A stretch of 63,905 bases of DNA, counting the filler. It is 8 parts of 8 records of this genome, joined end to end, with 100 filler letters (N's around TTAATTAATTAA, not from the genome) between each part and the next. Parts side by side here need not be neighbours in the genome. Positions count along the whole stretch, not along the records: positions 1 to 6,500 come from SRR31156797_39258; positions 6,601 to 13,206 come from SRR31156797_39265; 6 more parts are not named here. One strand, written 5' to 3'. Made by a program: the position numbers and the translations under genes. The notes beneath the pieces were generated by a model that did not search any database, was not told the origin of the DNA, and worked only from the letters and a program-made list of their open reading frames with translations. Shown here one piece after another: positions 1-8,398 of the stretch; positions within the stretch are counted from its first letter, which is position 1; each line of letters starts with the position of its first letter.

Positions 1-447
1 CTAACCGTTACCTCCGAACCGACACATTGAGAGTATAGAGAGTAACACCCCGGAAGTACAATATTTATTCCACAAGTGATGGTTCTCATGTCCTTGCCGT
101 AATTATCGATTGTCTCTATTATATTTTCGCTGACCTCGGCCAACAACCTGAAAACAAACTGTTTTTCAAGAAGTCAGCATACACTCAAGCAACTACGAAT
201 TGCGCCTCAGGAGATACAACTAACCTCCTGATATCAAAATCTTTGTTATATGTCCGAACTCGCTCAGGTGGATCAGTGGTGGACTACTTTGATAAAAGGC
301 ACCGAACCGAGACGTAAAGGGAGCGCAATTACAGGAATAGTCACAAGTTCTCGTGTTTCGAGAATTTCTTGAGGTTGGGCTTGTCAAGGCTAACGATATA
401 GCCCAAGAAGCGGTAAGTCACCGCATTCTCTGGAATGCCTTTAGTTT

Positions 448-822
448 TCAATTTCTAATCACATGATAAAGTGCAGGATCATACTTCAAGCCCTCTACCA
501 TTTTTATCTTTTCCAAGCGTAAATATTCCTTCATTTTCTGGGTTGCACTTGCAAAGGCTTCACCACTTTCCCACTCAGCAACATTAACCAATTGGTAAGT
601 TGCGTCTAGCTGAATCGATTGGTGTAGCTTCGTTGAAATATAGCCAGGTTCATTTTGTAAGAAATCCCGCGCTTCCTCCCAAAATTTAACTGACTCTTCA
701 AGTTTTCCAGCTGGGACTGTGAACGGGTTTATCAAGACAACAGATTCTGCCGTAGCAATAGATGCTGGCGCAATAAGGAAAGTATAAATTAACAATTTAA
801 TGATATTCATTTTCATAGTCAT
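448..822 (-). CDS. antibiotic biosynthesis monooxygenase (ABM)-family protein with N-terminal signal peptide
   Basis: LINPFTVP...F...ARDFLQNEPGYISTKLHQS...LVNVAEWES is the ABM-like dimeric alpha/beta barrel pattern; hydrophobic N-terminus. Confidence 0.8.
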   Translation of the reverse strand: MTMKMNIIKLLIYTFLIAPASIATAESVVLINPFTVPAGKLEESVKFWEEARDFLQNEPGYISTKLHQSIQLDATYQLVNVAEWESGEAFASATQKMKEYLRLEKIKMVEGLKYDPALYHVIRN

Positions 823-844
823 CTTCCAATAGGGAAAGGATCGC

Positions 845-1366
845 TCACAAGGACTCTATAACGTTACTTTTTCTGAAATTTTTCCAGGGTTTATAAACAG
901 AGAAAAAGACAGCTGTTATCAGCAATAGTGTATTAATGATTGCTGCCCAGATGCCAATGGTCACCCCTTGCATGTAATAGCCATCCTGTAACGATCCAAG
1001 CCTTTTTAGATCAGTGATAGCCAACATCTTTGTTACCATCGGCCCTAGATAAAAAGTACCTGAAATAATAATTGCCAGTGTCGCTAACCACTTATAGACG
1101 AGCCAGCCATGCTTGAAAAAACCCCACTTTGTGAACAATGAGTAAATAAGTCCAGTAAGCAGCGTTACTATTGCCGCAGGCGTCAGAATGTACATGTCGA
1201 TAAAGTGATAGATGAGGTTGTACATATAGATTTCGTCGCCTGAAGCTATATTCTTGCCAATAATCGGCATCACCAACAATACGATGACACAAGACAACCA
1301 TAAGCCAGCAACCGTGACATGGACCGCTTTGAGTAATTTTTGACTCTGAATTGAGAGTTGCTTCAT
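845..1366 (-). CDS. DUF2269-like integral membrane protein
   Basis: LKAVH..AGLW, LLTGL..SLFTKWGFFKHGWLVYKW and C-terminal SVYKPW motifs; 4 hydrophobic segments. Confidence 0.7.
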   Translation of the reverse strand: MKQLSIQSQKLLKAVHVTVAGLWLSCVIVLLVMPIIGKNIASGDEIYMYNLIYHFIDMYILTPAAIVTLLTGLIYSLFTKWGFFKHGWLVYKWLATLAIIISGTFYLGPMVTKMLAITDLKRLGSLQDGYYMQGVTIGIWAAIINTLLLITAVFFSVYKPWKNFRKSNVIESL

Positions 1367-1390
1367 CGCCAGGACTCCTTTCCTGTTTAA

Positions 1391-1834
1391 TTACTTGAGC
1401 TTACCAGTCATTTTGAGCCCATCTCGAATGTTCATGCTCATTAGTGTCATATTGATCGCACCTGCCAGTAGTTCAAGACCTTGCACTACATAAAATTTTG
1501 CATCAAATACTCCTGCTGATGCCAGGTGATTGAGGTATATCGCTGCCGGTATAAGTATCAAAACTCCATTCGTCCCAATGAAAGGCATTCGTTTCATTTT
1601 CTGGTCAACCAGTAAGCCCTTTCTCTTCCTTGATAGGAAAGCACCACTACCTCCTGTTGCAATTATCGCTGGAACAAGAATAAATAACCCAGGGCATACA
1701 ATGAAATTTTTAACCTTGACGATCCATTCTTCTGTTCCAAAAAGTTCCACAAGTAGCGTAGATGAAAAGAAAGTGATTATGCACGTTAATGCCAACATTC
1801 CAGCTATTCTGTGAGTATTACGTTTCATTATCAT
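1391..1834 (-). CDS. conserved membrane protein (HR..G...FF.STL..ELFG family)
   Basis: 4 hydrophobic segments; overlaps MarR stop, same operon. Confidence 0.65.
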   Translation of the reverse strand: MIMKRNTHRIAGMLALTCIITFFSSTLLVELFGTEEWIVKVKNFIVCPGLFILVPAIIATGGSGAFLSRKRKGLLVDQKMKRMPFIGTNGVLILIPAAIYLNHLASAGVFDAKFYVVQGLELLAGAINMTLMSMNIRDGLKMTGKLK

Positions 1835-2303
1835 TCTGTACTCCTTCTAAAGAAGAGCTTTGTACACGAAGGCGACAATCTATCATCATTTCTAGGGTTT
1901 GCTTTAACTCAGCGACCTTCATCTCATTAGACATTTGGTTAACCCATCGCTCCTGCCTCTTGGTGATTTCCAACATCGATTCTTTTCCAAGATCAGTAAG
2001 GAAATATAATTTTGCTCGCCGATGGGCAGGGTTTGGTGAAGTATCAATAAAACCGTCCTGTTTAAGTCGATTTGCTATTCTTTGAACGTTTTGTCGTGAC
2101 AATCCCATTTTACGACCAATGTCAGCTACGGTAATTGGTCCGTCCACCAAACTGCCAAGGATCTGCCATCTTGCACTCGTTAAACCGAGATCACTAATGA
2201 GTTTATCACCAGCCTCAATCAGCGCTCCATTTAGACGAAATGTCTCTAGGATTATTTCAGTGAAGGTGTTTCCAGATTTTGTATGAGTCATTATTATCTC
2301 CAT
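1818..2303 (-). CDS. MarR-family transcriptional regulator
   Basis: GLTSARWQILG...TVADIGRKMGLSRQNVQRIANRL...PNPAHRRAKL..LT..G winged-helix motif. Confidence 0.92.
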   Translation of the reverse strand: MEIIMTHTKSGNTFTEIILETFRLNGALIEAGDKLISDLGLTSARWQILGSLVDGPITVADIGRKMGLSRQNVQRIANRLKQDGFIDTSPNPAHRRAKLYFLTDLGKESMLEITKRQERWVNQMSNEMKVAELKQTLEMMIDCRLRVQSSSLEGVQNDNET

Positions 2304-2305
2304 AT

Positions 2306-2358
2306 TGACAACACGTTGTCATGTTTTGTAAACATAGCAACTTGACACCATATTGTCA
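2306..2358. promoter_or_regulatory. two TGACA-N6-TGTCA palindromes, probable MarR operators
   Basis: TGACAACACGTTGTCA (2306-2321) and TGACACCATATTGTCA (2343-2358) immediately upstream of the marR start. Confidence 0.75.
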
Positions 2359-2679
2359 ATGCGCAAACAGCGATTAATTTTATAGATGTGGTATGGAGAA
2401 TTATTTAGATGAATACATGTGATTTGAGCTGCTAATCTCACATTAAAAAAGGCTACTAACTCTGAAGGTTATTCCTGTACACCCTCGACCAAGAATTCAG
2501 GGATTCCGGACTTCGAATAGCTGCGCATTTAACCATTCTACGCTACATTTGATAATCGAATGACGAAATCAACCTCTGTCGCTGGTACGTCGGTTCGGAG
2601 GCTTGCGATAAGATATGGACGACGTGATTACGATGAGGTGTGGCGGCAGAAAAACAATAGAGTGAAATTCGCTTCACTA

Positions 2680-3255
2680 TCAGGACCCACTCGACAGCAA
2701 ATCATACGGCCTTCCACCATTCTGTATGGATCGCATGTGACCATTAACATCGCGATCACGGAGTACTGATAGTACGTACCCTCCGATCACTGACACGAAA
2801 AGAATCCACTCGACTCCAGAAGGCAATTTAATCTGCAAATAGAAAGGATACAACACATCGAAATGTTGGTAAATTAGCCGTCCAACGTCGACATTCATAA
2901 GGCGTAAAAACCACGGCAACATGCACAGCGAAAATTTTACGATGAGAATGTGACCAATAAACCCGAGCATCGTCAATTCCTTCAGCTTCGAGGCGGCACT
3001 ACCAGCGAAAACGAGTTTGCCCAGCAGATAGTTGTTCATGCCATAAATCACACTGGCAAAGATTAAGCCGAGAAGCATTATTCGTATTGACTCCGGCCAA
3101 CTAAAAGTTGCCGCGAGAAGACTCACACAAATGTGAGCCACGAACATCGTCGTTGTTCCAATTCCACCAAGAACAGCGCCTTTTGTCAGCGTACATAACC
3201 GCCGCGAAGTAGTTAACTGCCGTTCCGTTATCGGTAATCGACAGAGTCGCTCCAC
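2680..3255 (-). CDS. hypothetical membrane protein (start uncertain)
   Basis: 191-aa ORF with several hydrophobic segments; no family recognised. Confidence 0.4.
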   Translation of the reverse strand: MERLCRLPITERQLTTSRRLCTLTKGAVLGGIGTTTMFVAHICVSLLAATFSWPESIRIMLLGLIFASVIYGMNNYLLGKLVFAGSAASKLKELTMLGFIGHILIVKFSLCMLPWFLRLMNVDVGRLIYQHFDVLYPFYLQIKLPSGVEWILFVSVIGGYVLSVLRDRDVNGHMRSIQNGGRPYDLLSSGS

Positions 3256-3392
3256 GAGACTGAAATACTCAAGCTCAGAATGAGCAGTAATATACCTCGA
3301 AAACTCGATGCCCCAGACCGCTCCGCTTCTTCACGTTGAGTAGCTTGTGGGTCTCCTCCGAGCATAAATGCGTCGTTACTCATGATGACCTC

Positions 3393-4349
3393 CTATCTTA
3401 GATAATGCAGTGTAATTTCAGGTTGATAATGACCTATTTCAAGAACGACCGCCTGCAAAGCTTCATTGAAGTTTTTGCCGCCAGTCTCTTGATGCGCTCG
3501 GAAACTATTTTGGACAAAATTCCAACGTAACCCGTGCGAACCATTCCAGTTCTCACCAGCTCGTTTCGTGGCGCTCTTTAACGATGCAGCGTAATTACAT
3601 CTGGTGAACTCAAATTTACCGTTCTCGATAGCAATTTTTTCTACTCGTTTATAGAGATCCTCGGACACTTCTACGGTACGAACCCGGTCTCCTTTCGTAT
3701 TCGTATATCGTATGGCCCAGCCGTACCTTTCTTGATCTGTACCTTCATCAAGAAGTGTATACCCGAGTAAGTTCCGATCTAGTTTAAGTTCTGAAACTTC
3801 GGATATTCGCGCGCCACTATATAATTGCAGCTCAGCAGCAAGTTTATATTCAGGGATCTTTAGTTCCGCGATCACAGCTTTTGGATTTTTATAGCCACGA
3901 GATTTACTACTACCGTCCAAATCTCCTTTCGCCTTCCCTCTTAGCCGATCCACGGTTTCTGAGTAGTACAGCAGATATTTGCGTACATTATTGAGTGCAA
4001 CTTCCATCTTACTGAATGCGGCGGCATATCCTTTGAACGTACGTAACTTCACGCCAACATTAATTTTCCGCTGTAGAAATCCCTCAACATGCCAGCGCTT
4101 TATTTTCGCCGGATCACGTACACCGTACTCCATCCGCGCATAAGTAAAGAATCTCTCCCAGGCTTTTTTATATTCAGCTTCAGTGCGAAGCGAATATACC
4201 GGCATATGTTTCGCGATATTTGCCGGTGTTGTCGATATTCCTTGTGATTCCAACTGCTCTCGAACTTTCGCCTTCATTTCATGCCTTGGAATAGCCGCGA
4301 CATTCCGACCATTTTTATCTTTTGCCGTTTTCGCACGTACGGTTCGCAT
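3393..4349 (-). CDS. tyrosine recombinase/integrase-family protein (probable original start at 4385, interrupted by TAG at 4353-4355)
   Basis: Catalytic set intact: SGARISE (R), NTKG (K), HGLR, IGH, C-terminal LHY; N-terminal SAM-like core-binding region (YS..T...Y...W..FF). Confidence 0.88.
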   Translation of the reverse strand: MRTVRAKTAKDKNGRNVAAIPRHEMKAKVREQLESQGISTTPANIAKHMPVYSLRTEAEYKKAWERFFTYARMEYGVRDPAKIKRWHVEGFLQRKINVGVKLRTFKGYAAAFSKMEVALNNVRKYLLYYSETVDRLRGKAKGDLDGSSKSRGYKNPKAVIAELKIPEYKLAAELQLYSGARISEVSELKLDRNLLGYTLLDEGTDQERYGWAIRYTNTKGDRVRTVEVSEDLYKRVEKIAIENGKFEFTRCNYAASLKSATKRAGENWNGSHGLRWNFVQNSFRAHQETGGKNFNEALQAVVLEIGHYQPEITLHYLR

Positions 4350-4419
4350 AAGCTACTTCGCTAAGTACTTCGGACTGCCTTTCATTTGCCACCTCATAAT
4401 TCATCGTCAATCGTTCAAC

Positions 4420-5100
4420 TTCGCTCTGTAAAGATAGCGAAAAGAACAACGCTTGAAGCAACGCAGAAAGTGAATGAACAGTGAGCAGCGTCAGCTGAGC
4501 AATAAATATCACAGTCCTAGATATTTATATACCGCGTGACTTGATGATGAAGAATCGACTTGAGCTTGGCAAAACACTGAAAGGAAGAAGAGATATTTCT
4601 TTTCATTGATTTACAGCGAAAGCGTGCTCCAGCGAAGTAAGAGCGCATGACCCGTTTCTGTCGTCGAAGTCCGTTCCCGTTTTGCTGGCTTGTATCTGCA
4701 AAACGGGGAAGGACCGTCCCCGTTCGGCTCCCTGAGAACAGCAAGGAACAGCTGTTCAAAATAGCCACCAAGCACAGCGGTGAAACAACTGTGCCGATAC
4801 GACGCACTTTTTTACCGCTCGTGTACCAACATCCTCGTCTTTCATCTACCGGTACACATAGAGCGTAGTAGAGACGCGACGTATCTCTACACCGCGAGAC
4901 GAGTTCCGTGAACAGACTCTCGCACCGCACGCCTTAGCCTTGTCTAAGCCGTGCAACAGTGTCGTGAAACACACCAATTCACGATACGACCAAGTCCAAC
5001 ACCAAGTGTTGCGACGACCAGCTTCGAAATTTCGAAGCAAGGCGCTTTCTTGCGTCAGTGTTCAACAGCAAGCAATTACAGCCGACCGTGAGGCCGGTGA
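4420..5100 (+). ncRNA. candidate large structured RNA or structured ssDNA element (array of adjacent hairpins)
   Basis: About 12 consecutive stem-loops; G-U pairs occur on the plus strand in stems 4578-4605, 4669-4714 and 4959-4987; no convincing ORF. Confidence 0.45.
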
Positions 5101-5125
5101 TTTTATAAAGACGGAGGATAAAGCA

Positions 5126-5716
5126 ATGTTTGAAGAACAAACAACAATCGGCGGTACACAGGCCGCACTGAATTCGCCTGCCCCGCCGACGCCGCAGGTG
5201 CGCAAGCTTTTAAAAAACTCACTTGAATACTTCGTGACGATGAGTGACGAGGACAAGCTGGCAATCTTTCAGGATAGTGAATTCGACATTGTTGAGTTCA
5301 GCGAGACCGTGAATGAACACAGGACCGCTGCACTCGCGGATATCGATTCAGCCATAGAAACTATCAAGAAAGCTCGTCCGAAGACCGCATCGAAAAAATC
5401 AGAGTTACTACGACACCGGTATCTCGTAGAAGTGAAGAAGCTCACTGAGGCAGATATCAAACCAAGAAAGATTGTCGGTTATTTGAGAGATAAGCATAGA
5501 TTTGTCGTCAAAGAACTGGCAGTGAAGAATCTAATTGCGGAGCTGAAAACCGAGGAGATGCTTGAAAGCAGTGAGCTATGCGAGGAAATCGAGCGTCATG
5601 AAGACTGGACGCATCAACAGCTGGCTCATCATCTCAACGGCAAATTCAAAACTCGCACCACGGCGGCAGTCGTGAAACGTGTAAGAGCTGAACTTGAAAA
5701 GAAAGCCAATCTATAA
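5126..5716 (+). CDS. hypothetical DNA-binding protein with two tandem HTH-like repeats
   Basis: RBS GGAGG 5113-5117 before ATG 5126; repeats IKPRKIVGYLRDKHRFVVKELAVKNL and WTHQQLAHHLNGKFKTRTTAAVVKRV. Confidence 0.65.
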   Translation: MFEEQTTIGGTQAALNSPAPPTPQVRKLLKNSLEYFVTMSDEDKLAIFQDSEFDIVEFSETVNEHRTAALADIDSAIETIKKARPKTASKKSELLRHRYLVEVKKLTEADIKPRKIVGYLRDKHRFVVKELAVKNLIAELKTEEMLESSELCEEIERHEDWTHQQLAHHLNGKFKTRTTAAVVKRVRAELEKKANL

Positions 5717-5726
5717 GGAGAACGAC

Positions 5727-6179
5727 ATGGAACTTCGAGCAGTGATTATTGCAACCATTCTATTAGTCGCGTCGAGCGTCACAGCAGGCGAGTTACAATT
5801 CATCCAAAACAGCAGCGGCGTTACGTCTCACGTTATGTACAACGGCCAACTGTACCCTGTAGCGTCAGACGGGACGGTCGTCCTGGACGGTAGCAAGATA
5901 CCTGTCACGGTGTTAATGGCCGCAGCTCAACCGCAGCAGCCACACGTGCAGTCAACCGTGCAGCCATCCATACAGCCACCGCAGCAGTGGCAGAATCCTG
6001 ACCTGCAGCAGTCACAAACACAAACCTCGAATCGGCCACAGCCGTCTCCTGAATATAACAATACGAAATCGGCAACTAAGCGTGAACTAAAGCGTGAGAC
6101 GAGAAAAATCTTAGGAAATGGTACCGGATCAAGCATCGGTGCCGGAGTTGTCGAAGATGTCTTAGGCTCTTTTTTCTAA
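5727..6179 (+). CDS. hypothetical secreted protein with Q/P-rich linker
   Basis: RBS AGGAG before ATG 5727; signal peptide MELRAVIIATILLVASSVTA. Confidence 0.65.
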   Translation: MELRAVIIATILLVASSVTAGELQFIQNSSGVTSHVMYNGQLYPVASDGTVVLDGSKIPVTVLMAAAQPQQPHVQSTVQPSIQPPQQWQNPDLQQSQTQTSNRPQPSPEYNNTKSATKRELKRETRKILGNGTGSSIGAGVVEDVLGSFF

Positions 6180-6229
6180 TACACAGCGACTCATTTTTGC
6201 TGTGAGACATTAAGCCACGGAGTTTAACG

Positions 6230-6478
6230 ATGGACATTTCAGTATGGTACGTGATCGAGCGAATATCAATGTTGTCAGTTATCGCGTTCCTTGCAGTATT
6301 TGCAATCTATCAATGGAAGATAGCGAGCGTGAGACCGTCTCTGTTAGCGAAGTTTCGAGACGAAGCTGAAGCTATGGCACGTGAAAAGATGGCCGCTGAA
6401 GTAGAGGAGCATCAAGCTGTCGTTGATGATTTCGCACGTCGAATCAAGGATGTGTATTCCAGTGAAACTGGACATTGA
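6230..6478 (+). CDS. small single-TM hypothetical protein, 3' end probably disrupted by IS insertion
   Basis: RBS GGAG; TM segment; last codons lie in the IS21-like end. Confidence 0.5.
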   Translation: MDISVWYVIERISMLSVIAFLAVFAIYQWKIASVRPSLLAKFRDEAEAMAREKMAAEVEEHQAVVDDFARRIKDVYSSETGH

Positions 6479-6500
6479 TTCCAGAGGAATCCGGACACCG
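6451..6500 (+). mobile_element. terminus of an IS21-family insertion sequence (contig break)
   Basis: Begins TGTGTATTCC; tandem sub-terminal repeats ATTCCAGTGAAACTGGACA / ATTCCAGAGGAATCCGGACA of the kind seen at IS21-family ends; contig ends here. Confidence 0.65.
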
Positions 6501-6600
6501 NNNNNNNNNNNNNNNNNNNNNNNNNNNNNNNNNNNNNNNNNNNNTTAATTAATTAANNNNNNNNNNNNNNNNNNNNNNNNNNNNNNNNNNNNNNNNNNNN
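6501..6600. other. artificial contig linker (N-TTAATTAATTAA-N); same linker at 13207, 22816, 37627, 46603, 52711, 58777
   Basis: Identical 100-nt N spacer with six-frame stop motif. Confidence 0.99.
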
Positions 6601-7234
6601 CTGCGCCTGGTTGCACGGTCCTTTGATCGATCCAAAACATTGGGAAAACTGCGTTGCGGCTTTGTATGAAGAACTTATCCAAGCCCTTCCTGATGGAATA
6701 AATGAATTCAGAGCCTATTTGAACACTAAGAACGAAACCGGTATAGCCATGTATCGAAAACTGGGGTTCGAAAAAAAAGAACATCCCTCTTTCGTTTACC
6801 AATTATCACGTATTTGCAGGGTCCCACTTCCTTCGCACATTTATACGCCTCTCAATAAAGAACATGAAGCTACTTTTAAACGTTTATTCGAAGAACTTTT
6901 TCCCAACAGCTACTACACTGTTGAACGTTTGCTGGAAATGAAAGGCAATAGCCATGAAATATTCATTGCCATGAACAAACACACTTTTGCGGGATTCGTG
7001 GTCATCAGCAAGGATGAACATGAAATCCAATTTCTGGGTGTCGAAGCGGCATTCAGGCGAAAAGGTTACGGAAAAATACTATTGAGCACCGGAATAAATT
7101 ACTTATTCGACACAGTTAAAACCGACCGCGTGGACCTGAACGTGAACGGTGATCTCGAAAATGCCCGCAAGCTTTATGAAAGTGTCGGATTTAGATTACA
7201 ATATAGCGGGATCGGATTGACAAAAAAATATTAA
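6601..7234 (+). CDS. GNAT-family acetyltransferase (tandem GNAT, 5' truncated)
   Basis: N..GIAMYRKLGF and LGV..AFRRKGYGKILL...N..ARKLYESVGF motifs. Confidence 0.85.
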
Positions 7235-7282
7235 ATATCATCCTTTCGCCAGTCAAATATCTATAAATAATTTTCATATAAT

Positions 7283-7340
7283 GTACGGGAGGCTCTTGAG
7301 CTTCCCCTTGCTTACCGGGCGGGTCTAGCCCGCCCCTACA
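7283..7340. repeat. two REP-like palindromes
   Basis: GTACGGGAGGCTCTTGAGCTTCCCC and GGGCGGGTCTAGCCCGCCCCTACA (GTAG foot on minus strand). Confidence 0.55.
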
Positions 7341-7524
7341 TTTACATTATTTTCACGATTTTCATATTATGTCTCACATTTCGCATCTTATTTTTTCTTT
7401 GCATAAACATAATTTCCCCCTATTTTAATGCAACAGGAGGGATTTAGAGCATTTGGCAAGACCCTTTGCCCCTTTCTCAAATCCAAGACATTGCGGAAAT
7501 TAACGAAACCTAAAGGAGTTCGAT

Positions 7525-8397
7525 ATGATCATTGATATCGCATTGCCCCTATCTCTCGTTTTTATCATGTTCAGTCTGGGACTGGGCCTAACGCTTGACG
7601 ATTTCAAGAATGTATTTCGTCAACCAAAAGCGTTTACACTTGGATTATTGAACCAGATGGTGCTTCTGCCCTTGGTCGCTTTCGGAATTATTTCGCTGTT
7701 GGGACTCAAGGGTCCCATGGCGGTTGGATTGATGATCTTATCAGCTTGCCCGGGCGGCGTCACCTCGAACATCGTAACAAAACTAGCCAAAGGAGATACG
7801 GCATTATCCATTTCTTATACAGCTGTTGTGAGTGTTGTGTCGGTTTTGACCCTGCCTTTGATCGCAGCCTTTTCATTGAATCATTTCATGGGCGCTGCCG
7901 CTCCTGAGATGAATATTCTAACGCTTGGATTGCAGATGTTCCTCATTACTGTTATCCCCGTGGGGATCGGTTTATGGATCCATGCGAAAGCAAAGGACTT
8001 TACAAAGAAATTTGAGCCAATTGCCTCTAAAATATCATCCGTACTTTTTGCCGTGATCGTGGTCGCCGCTTTAGCCAGTGAATGGGATGCCTTTGTCGAG
8101 AACGTAAAGGTACTCGGTCCGGCCATCGTCATATTGATCATTGTCATGCTTTTGATCGGCTATTATTCTTCAAAATTATTCAAGATGAAGGAACCACAGG
8201 CTGTATCCGTCGCTATCGCCACGGGAATTCAGAATGCGACTCTGGGTATTGCTATTGGAAATATTATTTTGCCGGCTGCTGAAGGCCTTTCAGTCTTTAG
8301 CTTACCTTCAGGTGTTTATGGGATCCTGATGTATCTGGTTGTTCTGCCGATCGTGTTTTTATATGTGAGGTTGATACGGAAGGGTGTGAAAAAGTAA
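7525..8397 (+). CDS. bile acid:sodium symporter family protein
   Basis: IMFSLGLGLT..DF, LSACPGGVTSN..T.LAKGD.ALS, GIQN motifs. Confidence 0.92.
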   Translation: MIIDIALPLSLVFIMFSLGLGLTLDDFKNVFRQPKAFTLGLLNQMVLLPLVAFGIISLLGLKGPMAVGLMILSACPGGVTSNIVTKLAKGDTALSISYTAVVSVVSVLTLPLIAAFSLNHFMGAAAPEMNILTLGLQMFLITVIPVGIGLWIHAKAKDFTKKFEPIASKISSVLFAVIVVAALASEWDAFVENVKVLGPAIVILIIVMLLIGYYSSKLFKMKEPQAVSVAIATGIQNATLGIAIGNIILPAAEGLSVFSLPSGVYGILMYLVVLPIVFLYVRLIRKGVKK

Positions 8398-8398
8398 A

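Noticed and set aside
4800-5040. Hairpin array as a CRISPR array or attC cassette array
   Set aside because: No repeated sequence unit, no spacer periodicity, no cas or intI gene, no RYYYAAC/GTTRRRY boundaries.
4517-5040. ORFs 4517-4930(-), 4647-4868(+), 4846-5040(-) and the 4940-5125 extension
   Set aside because: No RBS or recognisable motifs; the RBS at 5113 supports a start at 5126; the region is better explained as structured non-coding sequence.
6501-6600. TTAATTAATTAA palindrome within N runs, repeated seven times
   Set aside because: Artificial contig linker; neighbourhoods across linkers and ORFs running into X stretches are not biological.
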